From contig NC_087436.1 in NCBI RefSeq assembly GCF_036321535.1, positions 16,244,001-16,308,000 on the forward strand: DNA of 64,000 nt, given 5' to 3'. Position numbers and translations under genes: made by a program. This document shows, piece by piece, positions 38,975 to 51,919 of the stretch (position 1 is the stretch's first letter; each line of letters begins with the position of its first letter). The stretch comes from Camelus dromedarius. Lineage: Eukaryota. Under the pieces are notes generated by a model, which saw nothing but the letters and a program-made list of their open reading frames with translations, had not been told where the DNA came from and did not search any database.

Positions 38975-40350
38975 CTTTTTAGCTTTTTATTATGGAGAAT
39001 TTCAAGCGCATACAGAGGTAGACAAAATGGCATAATAATATATTTTCATTCTCATGTACTAATCTCTCTATTCCAATAATTATCAACTCATAGTTATTCT
39101 TACTTTATCTTTACTCTCATTTTCTTTCCCTCCCTCTCTTATTACTTTGAAATAAGTCCCAGACATCATATCATTCCATTCATTAATATTTCAATGTGTA
39201 CTTCTGAAAACTCTATTTAAAGCACAACCATAAAACCATTAGCAAACTTAAAATATTAACAATAATTTCTTATTATCAAATACCCAGTCGGTGTCACATT
39301 TCCAATTGAATTACAACTTTTATAATTCTATTTAGTTTGTTTATTCCAATCAGGATCCAGAGAAGAACCACACATTGCAATCAACTGACAAATCTCTTAA
39401 GTCTCTTTTTAAGTAGGTTTCTCTTTTGTTTTTAATTTTTTTCTGATTTTTTAGCTGAAGAAACACACTGTCTTGTATATTTTCTCACACGGTGGGTTTC
39501 ACTTATTACCTCTTTGTGGTTTAAACAAGTCTTCTATATTTCTCATAAATTGGTAGGTGGTTGCAGAGTTCAGAGAATTCACATTAGATATTTTTGGCAA
39601 GACTGCTTCTTAGGCAGTTTTTTGCATTCTTCTGTCAAAGGACACGTAATATCTAGTTTACTTTTCTTTTGTCATATTAACAGCCATTGATACTGAATGC
39701 CTGGACTCATTAGTTTAGTAAGCATTGCAAAATCATGATATTTAAATTTTGTCACTTTTATTTCGTTTATTATTGGGAATCATTCTCTAAGGAGACACTT
39801 CCATTCATCTGCTGTTAAGTTTTTCAATAGTACCTCAGATTGGAAAGGCAGGATAAATGATTCTTTTTATATGCCAGCTTTTAAAACAATGAATTGGTTC
39901 CTAGCACCCTCCAATGGAACCTAATTAAAAAATATATATCTTTATGAACTCATAGACTACAGTATTTTTGATGTTTCATTCTGCTGCAGTTAATATTTTT
40001 ATTAATGATCACTTGTTCCTGCCTTGACCATGGAGAGCTTCTTCAAGTTACTCCTGAGTCATTTTGATGTAATCTTAGTAGTCTTTGAAAACTTCCATGC
40101 TCTCTGGTGTAACAAGGTGCTCCTGTCTTGACCCTCACATTTTCTGGTCTAGTTCTAGAATCATTTATTTCTTTAGGGAACCCTAGCGGGAACCTTTTTA
40201 AAGGGTAATAATATCTGAAAAACCAGTTTGGTCTATTGTGCCTGTTGCTACCAGATTTGTCATTATTTCTAGGCCCTTTTAAAGAGACCTAGGAAAAAAT
40301 TTAAGATGAAATATATCATGAGTTGAAACTGATTCCTCCGATTTAAATTT
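38975..40350 (-). mobile_element. Ancient L1 3' UTR remnant (L1MC4/L1ME-like)
   Basis: tttattatggagaatttcaa, aatcaggatccag, tttttggcaagactgct, cttcttcaagtt: typical old L1 3' ends. Confidence 0.55.
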
Positions 40351-41414
40351 AGGATAATACTTCCTTTAATGTGTAAGGAGTACTGAGTCCTTGCTCCCAT
40401 CTGTTTAATCTTTTTCTTAAAGCTCTTACTTTAGAAATTTCTTGCAGTACCTGAAGAATGTCCGTATATTCCACAGATCCCACCTGGACATTCTTTGTGC
40501 TTGTCCCCTGCCTGTACTTTCAAGAATTGTTGCTCCCTCATCCTTCTACGTAACTCTAAAGTTCTCAGAACATCAGACTTCTTGTTCTTAGTGCTGACTT
40601 ATTTCAGGAATATACATAGTCGTTTCTCTTAACTCGTTCAAATCCGTTTTGGACCATAGTGAAGTATTTAAATAAAGTTCTACTGAATACCTAATCGTAG
40701 CAGAAGTACAAGGATCTAAGTGATTCACGGTCTCGATCTGAGGATCACTGCCTACTTTCTGCAGGGACCAGTCCACTCACCAGATCCAGTTTCCTTTGCA
40801 TGGAATCCAAGGACTTCCACTTTTCTGTTGTCACGGGAAAAGTGTTCTGTTCTTTACCTATCCCAGGGCCCACCCTCTTGCCCCGGCTTGGTTAACATTA
40901 CAAATGTTTGGGAGTAACTCTTAATCTGTAGCCACAGGATATAATCTGCTTCTTCACACAGCCCAGTCACAGCAGCCATCAGTGATGTCAACACAGAGGG
41001 TAACATTTTCATCATGACAAAATGGTGGTGTTTAGGTACTGGCCGTGGCCTCTGTGATTACCACCTCTTCTCCTCTGCCCACATCTGTGCTTCAGTCACC
41101 TGATCCTGTAGTGCTTCGTGTTCTCTTTCACCTCCTGTGTCTTTGCTGTTGCTCTTTCCTTCATCTAAAATTTTGTACTTCCTGGTACTCTGTGTAGTTC
41201 TTTTATAATACATTGCATAATTTACTATAAGTTTGCATATTCTTCTCTGTGTTTCCTATTAAGGGAAATCATGAATAGAAAGATTTAGTTGTGTTAATTT
41301 CTATATTTCTGGTGCCTGGTATAAAGAACTAAGAAATTGTAGAAGTTTGTCTGTCTCCTTTTTCACTTTTAAAAGAGAGTTTTCAGTTTGAAAAGGAAGC
41401 ATTATTTGTAGGGT

Positions 41415-41690
41415 TTACCTATCTGATAAGGGATTAATATCTGGAATATATAGAGAACTCCTAAAACTCAACGATAAAAACCAAACAACTTGATCCAAAA
41501 ATGGATAAAGGACTTGAATAGACAGTTTTCAAAAGAAGTTATACAAATGGCCAATGAGCATATGGAAAGGTGCTCAGCATTAATAATTTTAGGGAAATGC
41601 ATATCAAAACCACAATGAGATACCATTTCACACCCATTAGGATGGCTGTAATTAAAAAAAAAAAGGAAGCATAAAATAACAAGTATATAG
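41415..41690 (+). mobile_element. L1 ORF2 3' fragment (L1MB-like)
   Basis: atctgataagggattaatatctggaatatatagagaactcc ... atcaaaaccacaatgagataccatttcacacccattaggatggct. Confidence 0.85.
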
Positions 41691-43149
41691 AATTAAATAA
41701 ACCTTAGTACCTAAAAAATAATTGAGTTTAGAATTAACTACATTATTTTAAGTGAAATAATCATACCAGATATTTGAAAATTGTACTTTGCATGTATAAA
41801 ACTGTTTCCTTTATGAAGTATGTCATTCCTGTTAGTATTAAAGTCTGCTATAATGTTTACAGTGTGATTCTGTTTTCAAATATCTGTTTATACACATGTT
41901 TTTAGGAATGCATCACATACATAAAATAAGCTGTATCTATATGAAAAATGATTATAATAGAATTATATTGAAACTTTTCCCATAATACACGTTTAGCAAA
42001 CATTACTATTTGTTTAAATAAACTTGTGAAATTGAAGAAAACATTGTATGCAAAGCTTAATTTAAAACAGAAACAGATCTTATCGTCATTCTTAAGTAGA
42101 TAATATAGCCTGACTAGCTTTAAAATGTATTAAGTTATTTATGCATATTTATGTGCATTTAATTTCCCCAAAGCTGGTTTTCAGAGAAGCTTTAGTAGCT
42201 TTGATACAAAACTACAATTTTACTTGGTACTCTCTCCCATGTTACACTGGGAATTCTCTTTCTGAAGCCAAATTAATATAGTCAACACTCTTCTGTATTA
42301 TTTTTCTGATCATTCTCTTCGAAAAGAAAAAGTCTGAATGGGATAATGTAAAACATGTCTTCTTGAAGGTATTAACATTTATATGCAGCATTTCCTTATA
42401 ATAATCACAATATAATATTGTCAGTCTGTTGAGAAAATCAGATTTATTTTAATCTGAAAATCCAATGAAAGTTTAGTATTTTCTTGTATTGAGAAAGTCC
42501 TCATTTACCGTAATAGTTTAATTTATTCTTTAAAGCTGAAAAAAAAAGTAGAGATCAGTTTTCAAGTTGGTATTTTTTTTTTCCCTCCACTTTTCCTGTT
42601 GTTGCACCACTAGTCTAAAATTCTGACTGATGAGAAGACAGGTCTAACCATGCATAGACTTTGGAGTGACATTAATCCATATTTTACATATACACATTGA
42701 TTTTTATATTTTGACAGCCTCCGTGGAAGAGATAAGAATCAACATTTTCTCTTTTTTTTTCTTTATAAGAAGTTATAATTAGGAACAGGAATACATTTAC
42801 AAAATGTCATACCATAAAAACAAATCATGATGGCTGAGTATTCAGTACCAGAGCCTCTTTGTGGATTAGGAAGATTTTTTTGTGCTTTTGTGATTTTTTT
42901 TTTCTTAGTAGGAAATTAATTGTGTAAACCAGTTTCCTAAGGGAGGAAAATCAAGGTAATCAGGTACAATCATTTCTTTTCTAATTAATCAACATAGTTA
43001 TTTTGGAATATTTAATATATATACCTAGGTACTTATTCCAAAAAAACAAGTCGTTCCTGGATTGAAATGCAATTGATAAACATTCATTTCCAAATGAAAA
43101 CTTGGTTATAAATTTCAAAAGGTAGGAACATCCCACTTTGTCATTGTTA

Positions 43150-43350
43150 ACTAATATTTATTGAGGGCTTGCTGTATGCAGGGCTCTTATTTAAGTATAT
43201 TACATGTGTTAACTCTTTTAACCTTCACAAAGACCTTATTAGGTAGGTAACATTATTGTCTTTTACAGGGACAGAAATTTAGACACCATGAGATTAAGCA
43301 AGTTGCACAAAGTCACACAGCGAGTGGACAGGACTAGAATTTATACACTA
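43150..43350 (-). mobile_element. MIR SINE remnant
   Basis: atatttattgagggcttgctgtatgc ... ttttacag ... gattaagcaagttgcacaaagtcacacagc. Confidence 0.65.
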
Positions 43351-43476
43351 AGCCAGTGTTTTTCAAACTGTAGTTCACAACTAGCATTTAAAAAAGTGAA
43401 TAGAATAGTATAGTATTACATTAAAAAAAGAAAATACCAGTGTGCATCATGTACAGATCTACTGCTTGAGGAGTAT

Positions 43477-43505
43477 GTGTGTGTGTGTGTGTGAGTGTGT
43501 GTGTG
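43477..43505. repeat. Interrupted (GT)n microsatellite
   Basis: gtgtgtgtgtgtgtgtgagtgtgtgtgtg read directly. Confidence 0.9.
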
Positions 43506-43542
43506 CAGGGGCACTAGGTTATGATTTAAAGTGACATATTTC

Positions 43543-43914
43543 TTTTTTTTTAACATTTTTTATTGATTTATAATCATTTTACAATGTTGTGTCAAATTCC
43601 AGTGTAGAGCACAATTTTTCAGTTATATGTGAACATACATATATTCATTGTCACATTTTTTTTTCTGTGAGCTACCATAAGATCTTGTGTATTTGTCCCT
43701 GTGCTATACCATATAATCTTGTTTATGTATTCTACAATTTTGAAATCCCAGTCTATCTCTTCCCACCCCCCGCCCCCTTGGCAACCACAAGTTTTTATTC
43801 TGTGTCTGTGAGTCTATTTCTGTTTCGTATTTATGCTTTGTGTTTTTTTGTTTGTTTGTTTGTTTGTTTAGATTCCACATATGAGTGATCTCATATGGTA
43901 TTTTTCTTTCTCTT
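43543..43914 (-). mobile_element. LINE-1 3'-end fragment, same subfamily as 5979-8800
   Basis: Near-colinear with about 5980-6345 (taacattttttattgatttataatcatttta ... gattccacatatgag ... atggtatttt). Confidence 0.92.
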
Positions 43915-46900
43915 ACTAGCTTATAAAGTTACATTTTCTTATTATGAATTTTGACCCAGAAAGTTTGGGAAATGCTGCAATATGCTATACTGCTTCCTAT
44001 GTATCAGTTGCTGAGTCTGTTTTCATGTCATTTTATCAAGTTGCCTTTCACTCTCATGCTGAAATGCATGGTAAAATACAACCAGCATTCTACTGCTTGA
44101 AAAAGGAAAGCTTTTCCAAATTGCCTACTCTTGGTGTGTTTGTCCCGGGTTATGCCGCAAGCTTTTCTGACTAAGCCTATTATATGAAAAAGCTGAATGT
44201 TTGGTTAAATCTAGAGAATGCCTGATGTCACCACTTGACTGTTCATTTGTTCTTCCATTTATTGATCATTCGTTGAGTGATAGCGGGTGCCGGGGACTCT
44301 TAGTTTCTGGAGATTGGAAAGCATAAACTATTCTCAGTTCCCATCCTACTGAAAAAGAAGCTGGAGATTGAAGGAGGGGGAAACAAGAATGGCCAAGGTA
44401 TAATCAAGTGTTTTATGATTATGAGAGCTCACATTCTTAAAATGAAGGGAAATACTGAAAGAGAGAGTTCGAGGTAGAGAGAAAAGAAAAATCATGCGTT
44501 TTCCAGCTTTAGAATGCAGGCACAACGTGAGCTGTTACTTTAAGAAATAAGAGAAGTAAACCTTGGGGGGAAATGACCCCGCGCCTCTATCTTCTGATTC
44601 CTACCTTGCCTTGTAGAAATCTGAGAAAAGTTTATCATCATCAGATCTTCAAACTGAATTTTACATTTTGGTCCCGGACTCAATACCTCATAGGTTTTTG
44701 TTTGTTTGTTTGTAACCTATCTTACAGTGCTATACCATCCGCACTCTGTTAAACTGGCTGCTTTCATTGCTCTAGTCTGGATCAGACTGTTTCTAAAGAG
44801 TAAATTCTGAGATAACCGAAGAGAACTGAATGACAAAGCGGTCCTGCATTTATCTACTTACTGATGAGTTGCTAGTGTTTGTCCTTGTATGTACTTATTT
44901 ATTTCCCCCTTCTCTCTCTTTGTTTAAAGCAAAAGTAGGTGATTTTCTCCCTCCCTGTCTCCTTTTTATCTCCTACCATTTGGTTGTGTATTTTTATATG
45001 TGAGATGTTTCTCCTAACATGCACATTTAATATACAGCGTTCATCTTGACCTGGAATTGACTACCGACATTTAACTGTTGTTGATCAGACAGCACTTCTT
45101 TATCTCTTTAAGTTTTAAGTGCTGTTTCTGACGAATGCCAGTCCTTTTAGTGGGCTCTGTAACAGATATACTGGGAATCAATATACCATCTAGATGTCAC
45201 AGAGAGAAAGGAACACTCTTTTGGGGGTGGAGGGGCATTATTATTTTAAAATGATAGGTGTTATAACTTTTGCTTTCTTTTTTTCTTTTTGGGGTTTAGT
45301 CAAACCAAAGGAATTCAACTTAAAAATATAAAACAACCTTATGGTATTGCAATGGTAAATAATGGATCCTAAAGCATTGAAATAAAAAACAAATGCAGAG
45401 AAAGAAATTAAAAATTGTCCCACACTTGGTTATTTTTTATTGGCGGACAGAATATATTAAAACTATTTTAACCTTGGCATCAAATATGGATACTGTTATA
45501 TGACACATTGATCTCAGGGATTTGGGTATAAATTCCATTCTCTGGACTTGGGGAGTTTACAGTCCAATCAGCAGAAGGACGATATTTGGGAAGTTTAGAA
45601 TCTTTTTGTAGGATTGTGAGAGAAGCCCTAGTAGGTTCCTTTAACCAACATCTATATGTGCTCTCTTCTTTAACCCCTTCAACAACACTGTAAGGAATGG
45701 TTTATTATCTTTATTTTACACATAAGGAAACTAAGATGTGAAATTAAGGAGCTCTCCAAGGCCGCACATGTTCCAAGTGTTAAGGCGAGAATTTGATCTC
45801 ACATCTCTCCCTGTTAGTGAGCTGGTAGACTTTAGGAATAACCAGAAAGAATATTTTAGATTGAATACTTGCATTTCCATCCATTTCTTTCCGAAATCCA
45901 ACACTTTTGCCTTTACCTTGACAAAACACAAGAAGAGGTTTACTCTCTGGAGAAATTATACCAGAGAAGTTTCCGATTTGGAAACAGCAACACGACAGAG
46001 GGTGGGATGAAGGTAAGGAGTGAAAAGCTGGAGGATTAGGGGAAAGTGCTGAGTACTGAGTGGCGAGGGCCCCCAGACCCCTTTGCTGTCATGCTATCAG
46101 GACTCTGGCAGCCAGGCTTAAACCAGCCTCGCCCTGTAAGACAGAAAAGCGTGATACTCTTTGGACACATTGACTGGCTCAAGAGAAAAGATCTAAAAAA
46201 TACTGACGTTTAGGGATCCTCCTGGGAGCCCACCTGATTTCCCTTTGATGCTGTCTATGCATACACATCGCTGCTTATGCTCAGTGTACCCCAGTCAGTT
46301 CCTCCGTGACTTGCTCTTCAAAACGAAGATATGACCAGGTGTTAGCAAACATTTAAAGACAGTCTCTAATGTGAAAGATGACAAAGACTAAAACAAACAG
46401 GAAAATAAAAGAAACCAGAATAAACAGTTTAGAAAGCAGAAGAAGCCTTAAAATCAAAACAAGAAAAAATACCCTCACAGAGAAGAACTACTGCATTAAT
46501 AGAAAAAGAACATGATGCTCTAGAAAGTAGAATGTAAGTGCAGATGTTTTCTAAAAGGGGCATCATAATGAAAGGGAAAATAGCCTAGAAAGAGAAAATT
46601 AGAGGACCTGAGTAGGACATCTTTGGATTTAGGTAGATTTGTATCAGTCTGCCTCCATTAGGAAAGGACCTTTAGCAAAGTACTCAATTTGGGGGGTCCT
46701 ATATAACAGACTGCTTTTTATGTAATATTATATAGTATTTGTATAATACTGAAGAAAATTTTTCATGGGTACACTGACCTTTTTTAACTTTAAATTATTA
46801 CGTGTTCAATGTGATGTATTTCACTTAAAATATGGCTATGCAACTCTTCCCTCACAATTTAAAATTAAGCTTAGCAAAATGTGAACATATGTATGTGTGT

Positions 46901-49900
46901 GTGTGTATAAAATTTGAACATATATATATGGGGTTAGATATATAGATATGATGTGGTGCGTTTGGAGGATTTGCTGAAGTTTTGTTTTTAAATCAGGAAG
47001 ACAATCTATTGTTTTTGTGTGACTATTTTTTAAAAGTTGTATTTATTAAGTATTAGCATTCTGTATAGCAGATTTGGTTTTTTATTGGAAGTTACCTTCT
47101 AGTAGAAGTTTTTATGTGATTCTAACAGAGGTTAAGCCTACACTTAATTTAAGCAGCCTTCAATGACATTGTTTTTTAACATTAGTCAGAAAATGATAAA
47201 CTGAAGTAACTGAAATGGACTGTGGTTAATATTACTGTCAGGGTGATGAATACTCCTGACATGTACCAGCAACACACTGCCAGTCCAGTAATCCTTTTCA
47301 AAGTTAAGTATTTATTCTCAAATCATCCTAAGTTACTGTGGTGTGGAGTGACCACTATTTATAAATGAATTGTTTTATTTACATAGCATTACCAGTTTTA
47401 TCCCATAATACTTCCTACTTTCGTAGTTTAGTACTGGATATAGTAACTTGGGTAGGTACAAAAAAAGAACGTATATATACCATAAATTCACATAAAAAGT
47501 GTTTTCAAAACATGCAAATTTTTTTTTCTTTACTTTGAATAAGTACTGGTATTATGCTTCACATTTCAGGCTGGAGTATGTTTTTTTAAGAGTAAATGTA
47601 GTAGGAAGACATTTTAAAAACCTGGAAACATTTGTAGCTTTATTTATATACTTGTATGAGTCAACTTCTCATTCTTATATTCCCCATGGTAGTCAAAACT
47701 TATTTTATGTGACTGTGTAATAGTATGCTTTTTATAGTGGGTACCATAGTAACTTATCCTTTAGTCATATGTCCACATTTATCTGAGTCTTTATTCTCCA
47801 AGTCCATTTATTGTAATAAGCACATTTATTCAACATAAACACCTGTTTAGAGTACCCTGTTTATACTGAATAAATGTGTTTATTCAAATAATTGATTTCT
47901 AAATATTTGCTGGGTACCTTTTGTGGACATTGTTCTGAGGATCATGCCAGAAATAAAAGTGAGTGAAATAGTACCTATTTTAAAGAGTTTTATGACTGAA
48001 TTATGTTATATATGAGCCATCTCTATGGGAATAATTATATTTCTGTGTAACTATGAGACATTTCTGTGTGACTATGAAGCATTTTGTTTCTATCTGCCTT
48101 AATTTTAGACTCTTCTACTTTCAGAAAAGGAATTTCTTTTAAATGTGAGTTCATGATTTATAATATAAACCAGCAAATGATTTGAAAATCTAAGTAGTAC
48201 CTTTCTGAAATATAGACAGGGTGGTTAGAAAACATTCAGAGCATTCAGAACTGTTCAAACCATTTACAGCCCCATTGTTTCATGCCCTTTATAAAGTTGA
48301 GGTATCATCCTCTGTAGACCATCCTTCTGGGATTCTTTCCTGGGACTTGGTATGTTCGATAGTTTAACCAGTATGACAGATTGATCATTCAGCTTGCTTT
48401 ACAGTAATTAAAATGCAAAATTGTACATCATTTTTCAGAATGAAATACATAAAATATTTGAGCGAAATACAAGGGAGAAAAATGATGTCTTACATTTAAG
48501 CTTAGAAAAGTGTAGTACAAAAAAAAAAAAAAAAAAAAAGACCAGGAATACGGTGACAGTAAGTCAGAGTTCAAAATATAAATGGCAGTAATCTTACTGG
48601 TGGAAAGGAAGATAAAGATGTGGCAGTTGTTCCCAACCTGTAGACTCTGGTCACTTGAAGGGGACCAACTGTGGGTTTATTGCAAGAGGCCTGTGGATTC
48701 ATACATACATGTGTGTATATGAGAGACTATCTTATTGGAAAAGGTAAAAGCTGCTCATTTGGATTATTTAGTTGACTGCATGCTTATCATTACTTAAAAG
48801 TGATTTGATGTTTCTAAAACCAAATTGTGTCAAACGTAATTAATGTTATGCTCTTATATCATTATTGCTGATGCTACTTATTTTTATCTATAATGCATCA
48901 TAGTTGCAAGATGAATTGAGGTTCTTTTTTTTTTTTTTTTTCACAAATGGAAATCCATTTCTTCCAGCACCATTTGTTGAAAAGACTGTCTTTTCTCATG
49001 AATTGTCTGGGAACCTTTTGTTGAAATTAAATTGACCGTATATCTGTGGGTCTATTTTTAGACTCTTCTGTTCAGTCAGTCGGCATATCTATCATTATAT
49101 CGATACCACACTTTTTTACTGTAGCTTTATACTAAGTCATAAAATCAGGTCACATGAAGCCAACTATGCCTTCTTTTTTAAAGTTGTTTTGGCTATTCTG
49201 GGTTTTCTGTTTTTCCATATAAATATGGGGATCAGCGTGTTAATTCTGCTGAAATTTTGATTGGGATTGCATTTAATAAGTAGGCCATTTTTACTAAAAA
49301 TGGTATATTAGCAGTATTGAATCTTCCAATCCATAAATATGGTTTAGCTTCCATTTGTTTAGGTCTTCCTTTAATTTCTCTCTAATATTTTGTGGCTTTT
49401 AGCATACAGATTTTGTTAATTTATTTGTTATATTGTACATGTTTTGTTAATTTATCCTTAAAATTTTCGTGTTTTTTATCCTTACGGAATTTTCAATTCT
49501 AATTGTTCATTGCTTGTTTACAAACACAATTGAATTTTGTACATTGACTGTGTATTTTGCAACCTTCAATTATTCATACTAGCGGCCTTTTTGTAGACTT
49601 TTTGAAACTTTCTGCTTCTCGAAATAAATATTTGCTGCATTATATAATGTTGACTAGAAGTGCTGAGAGTGCCTTGTCTTTGATCTTAGGGGAAAAGCAC
49701 TTAACCTTTCATCATTAAGAATGATAGTAGCTATAGATTTCATATTTTCTATTGTTTTTTCTGTTTTCAGCTTTAACGATCTTAGATTCCTTTACTATTT
49801 TTCTTTCTACTTGATTTGGATTTAAATTCTCCTCTTTTTTTTTCAGTATCTTAAGATGGAAGCTTTAAAATACTGATTTCAGACCTCTTTTTCTTCCCAG

Positions 49901-50462
49901 TATAAGCATTTCATGGTACAGACTTTTCTCAAAGTACTTATTTTTTGCAAGGTCCAACACATTTTTATATATTGTGTTTTTATTTTTATTCCATTCAAAA
50001 TATTTTCTAATTTTCCTTGTGACTTTCTCATTGACCCATAGATTATTCAGAAGAATGGTGTTTCCTTTCTACAGATTTGAGGATTTGTCACGTATCTTTC
50101 TCTTGTTGATTTCTAGTTTCATTCCATTATGATTGAAGAACATACGTTGTATGACTTCAGTTTTTTTAAATTAGTGAAAGTTTAGTTTATGGCTCGGAAC
50201 ATGCTATATATTGGTTATTACTTCGTGTGTACCTGAAAAGCATATATACCCATCTGTTGTTACATAAAGTGTTCTATACATGTCAGTTAGGTTGAATTGG
50301 TTGTAGTGTTGTCAATATCTTCTGTATCCTTACTTTACTTGTTCTGTTGATTACTGAGAGAGGAATGTTGAAGGTTTCAACTGTAATTTACATTTGTCTG
50401 TATCTTTTTTCATTTTTCTCAGTTTTTGTTATGTGTATTTTCAGCAGTTGTTTTTGGGTACA

Positions 50463-50967
50463 TGTTATAAGTTGAATTATGTTTCCCAAAAAGTTACATT
50501 GCAGTCCTAACCCCTGGCACCTGTGGATGTGATCTTGTTTGTAGGTAGGGTCTTTGCAAAGGTAATGAAGTTAAGATGAAGTTAGCATGGACCTAATTCT
50601 AATATAACTGGTGTTTTCATAAGAAGGTGAAAACACCATGTTAAAGCACATCAAAAAAAATGCAAAAAAAAAAAAGGCAAGAAAGTTTTAAAATGAAGAA
50701 AAAGACAGACATCAGAGGAAAGAATACCATGAAGTGATGGGAACAGAAATTGGAGCTACGTTGCCATAAGCCGAAGAACCCCAAGGGCTACAGGAAGCAG
50801 GAAGAGGCAAGGAAGGAGCCATCCCTAGAGGTTTCAAAGAACGTGGCTCTGCCAACACCTTATTTTGAACTTCTAACCTCCAAAACTGCAAGACAATAAA
50901 TTTCTATTTTGTTTTAAGCCACCCAGTTTGTGGTACTTTGTCATAGGAGCCCTAGGAAAGTAATACA
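50463..50967 (+). mobile_element. MaLR solo LTR (MLT1B-like)
   Basis: tgttataagttgaatt ... gccctaggaaagtaataca with TG...CA ends. 5-bp TSD gtaca / gtgca. Confidence 0.87.
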
Positions 50968-51478
50968 GTGCATATACATTTCAGATTGTTATGTTTTCTT
51001 GATAAATGGATCGGTTAGCATCATGAAATGTCTCTTCATACCTCAGTAGTCCATGTCCTGAAGTCTGCCCTTTCCTCATGTTGATACGGAGATGACAGTG
51101 CTATTGTGATTATTATTTGTAGTATCTTTTTTTGAACCTTTGGCTTTATTTTTAAAGTTTCTGTTTTGTGGGCAACATATAAAACAGTATTGCTTTTATA
51201 GCCATTCTAATAGCCTCTGCATTTTAATTGAGATGTTGAGACCTTTTACATGTAATGTGATTTTTGAAATGGTTAATTTAAATGTATTTTCTTGCCATCT
51301 ACTTTTTAGCCCTTATATCCATTCTTTGTACCTTGTCTCCCTTTATCTGTTTTCTTTTAGATTAAGTGAGTATTTTTGTGATTCAATTTTATCTTTACTG
51401 TGGCTTATTATTTATATCTCTTTTTTAAAGGTTTAGTGGGTTTTTTATGTTGTTTTTTTTCTGTCTTCTTTTGCTATA

Positions 51479-51919
51479 CTGGCATACTTGTTGTATCATG
51501 CTTCACTTTATTGTGCTTTGCAGATATTGAGTTTTGTATCGATTGAAAGTTTGTGGCAACTCTGCTTTGAGCAAGCCTATAGGTGCCATTTTTCCAATCG
51601 TGTCTGCTTACTTTGTGTCTGTGTGTCGTATTTTGGTAATTCTTGCAATATTTCAAACCCCCCACTATTAAAAAAGATTACAACTCAATGAGGGTTCGAA
51701 AGATGGTTAGCATTTTTTTAGCAATAATGTATTTTTAAATTAAGGTATGAATATTATTTTTTAGCAACAATATTGCACACTTAATAGACTTCATATAGTG
51801 TAAACATAACTTCTATATATGCACTGGGAAACCAGAACATTTGTGACTCACTATATTGCAGTATTCACTTTATTACAGTGGTCTGGAACCAAACCTGCAG
51901 TATCTCCGAGGTATGCCTG
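51479..51919 (+). mobile_element. Non-autonomous Tigger1 derivative (Tigger1a_Art-like), Tc1/mariner superfamily
   Basis: Terminal inverted repeats ctggcatactt ... gaggtatgcctg flanked by TA at 51477-51478 and 51920-51921. Tigger1-type internal motifs (gtttgtggcaactctgc, gtggtctggaacc). Confidence 0.88.

Larger units (their letters stand above)
43355..43978. mobile_element. hAT/Charlie-type MER remnant interrupted by the L1 3' fragment
   Basis: Imperfect terminal inverted repeats cagtgtttttcaaact ... agtttgggaaatgctg. Confidence 0.5.
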
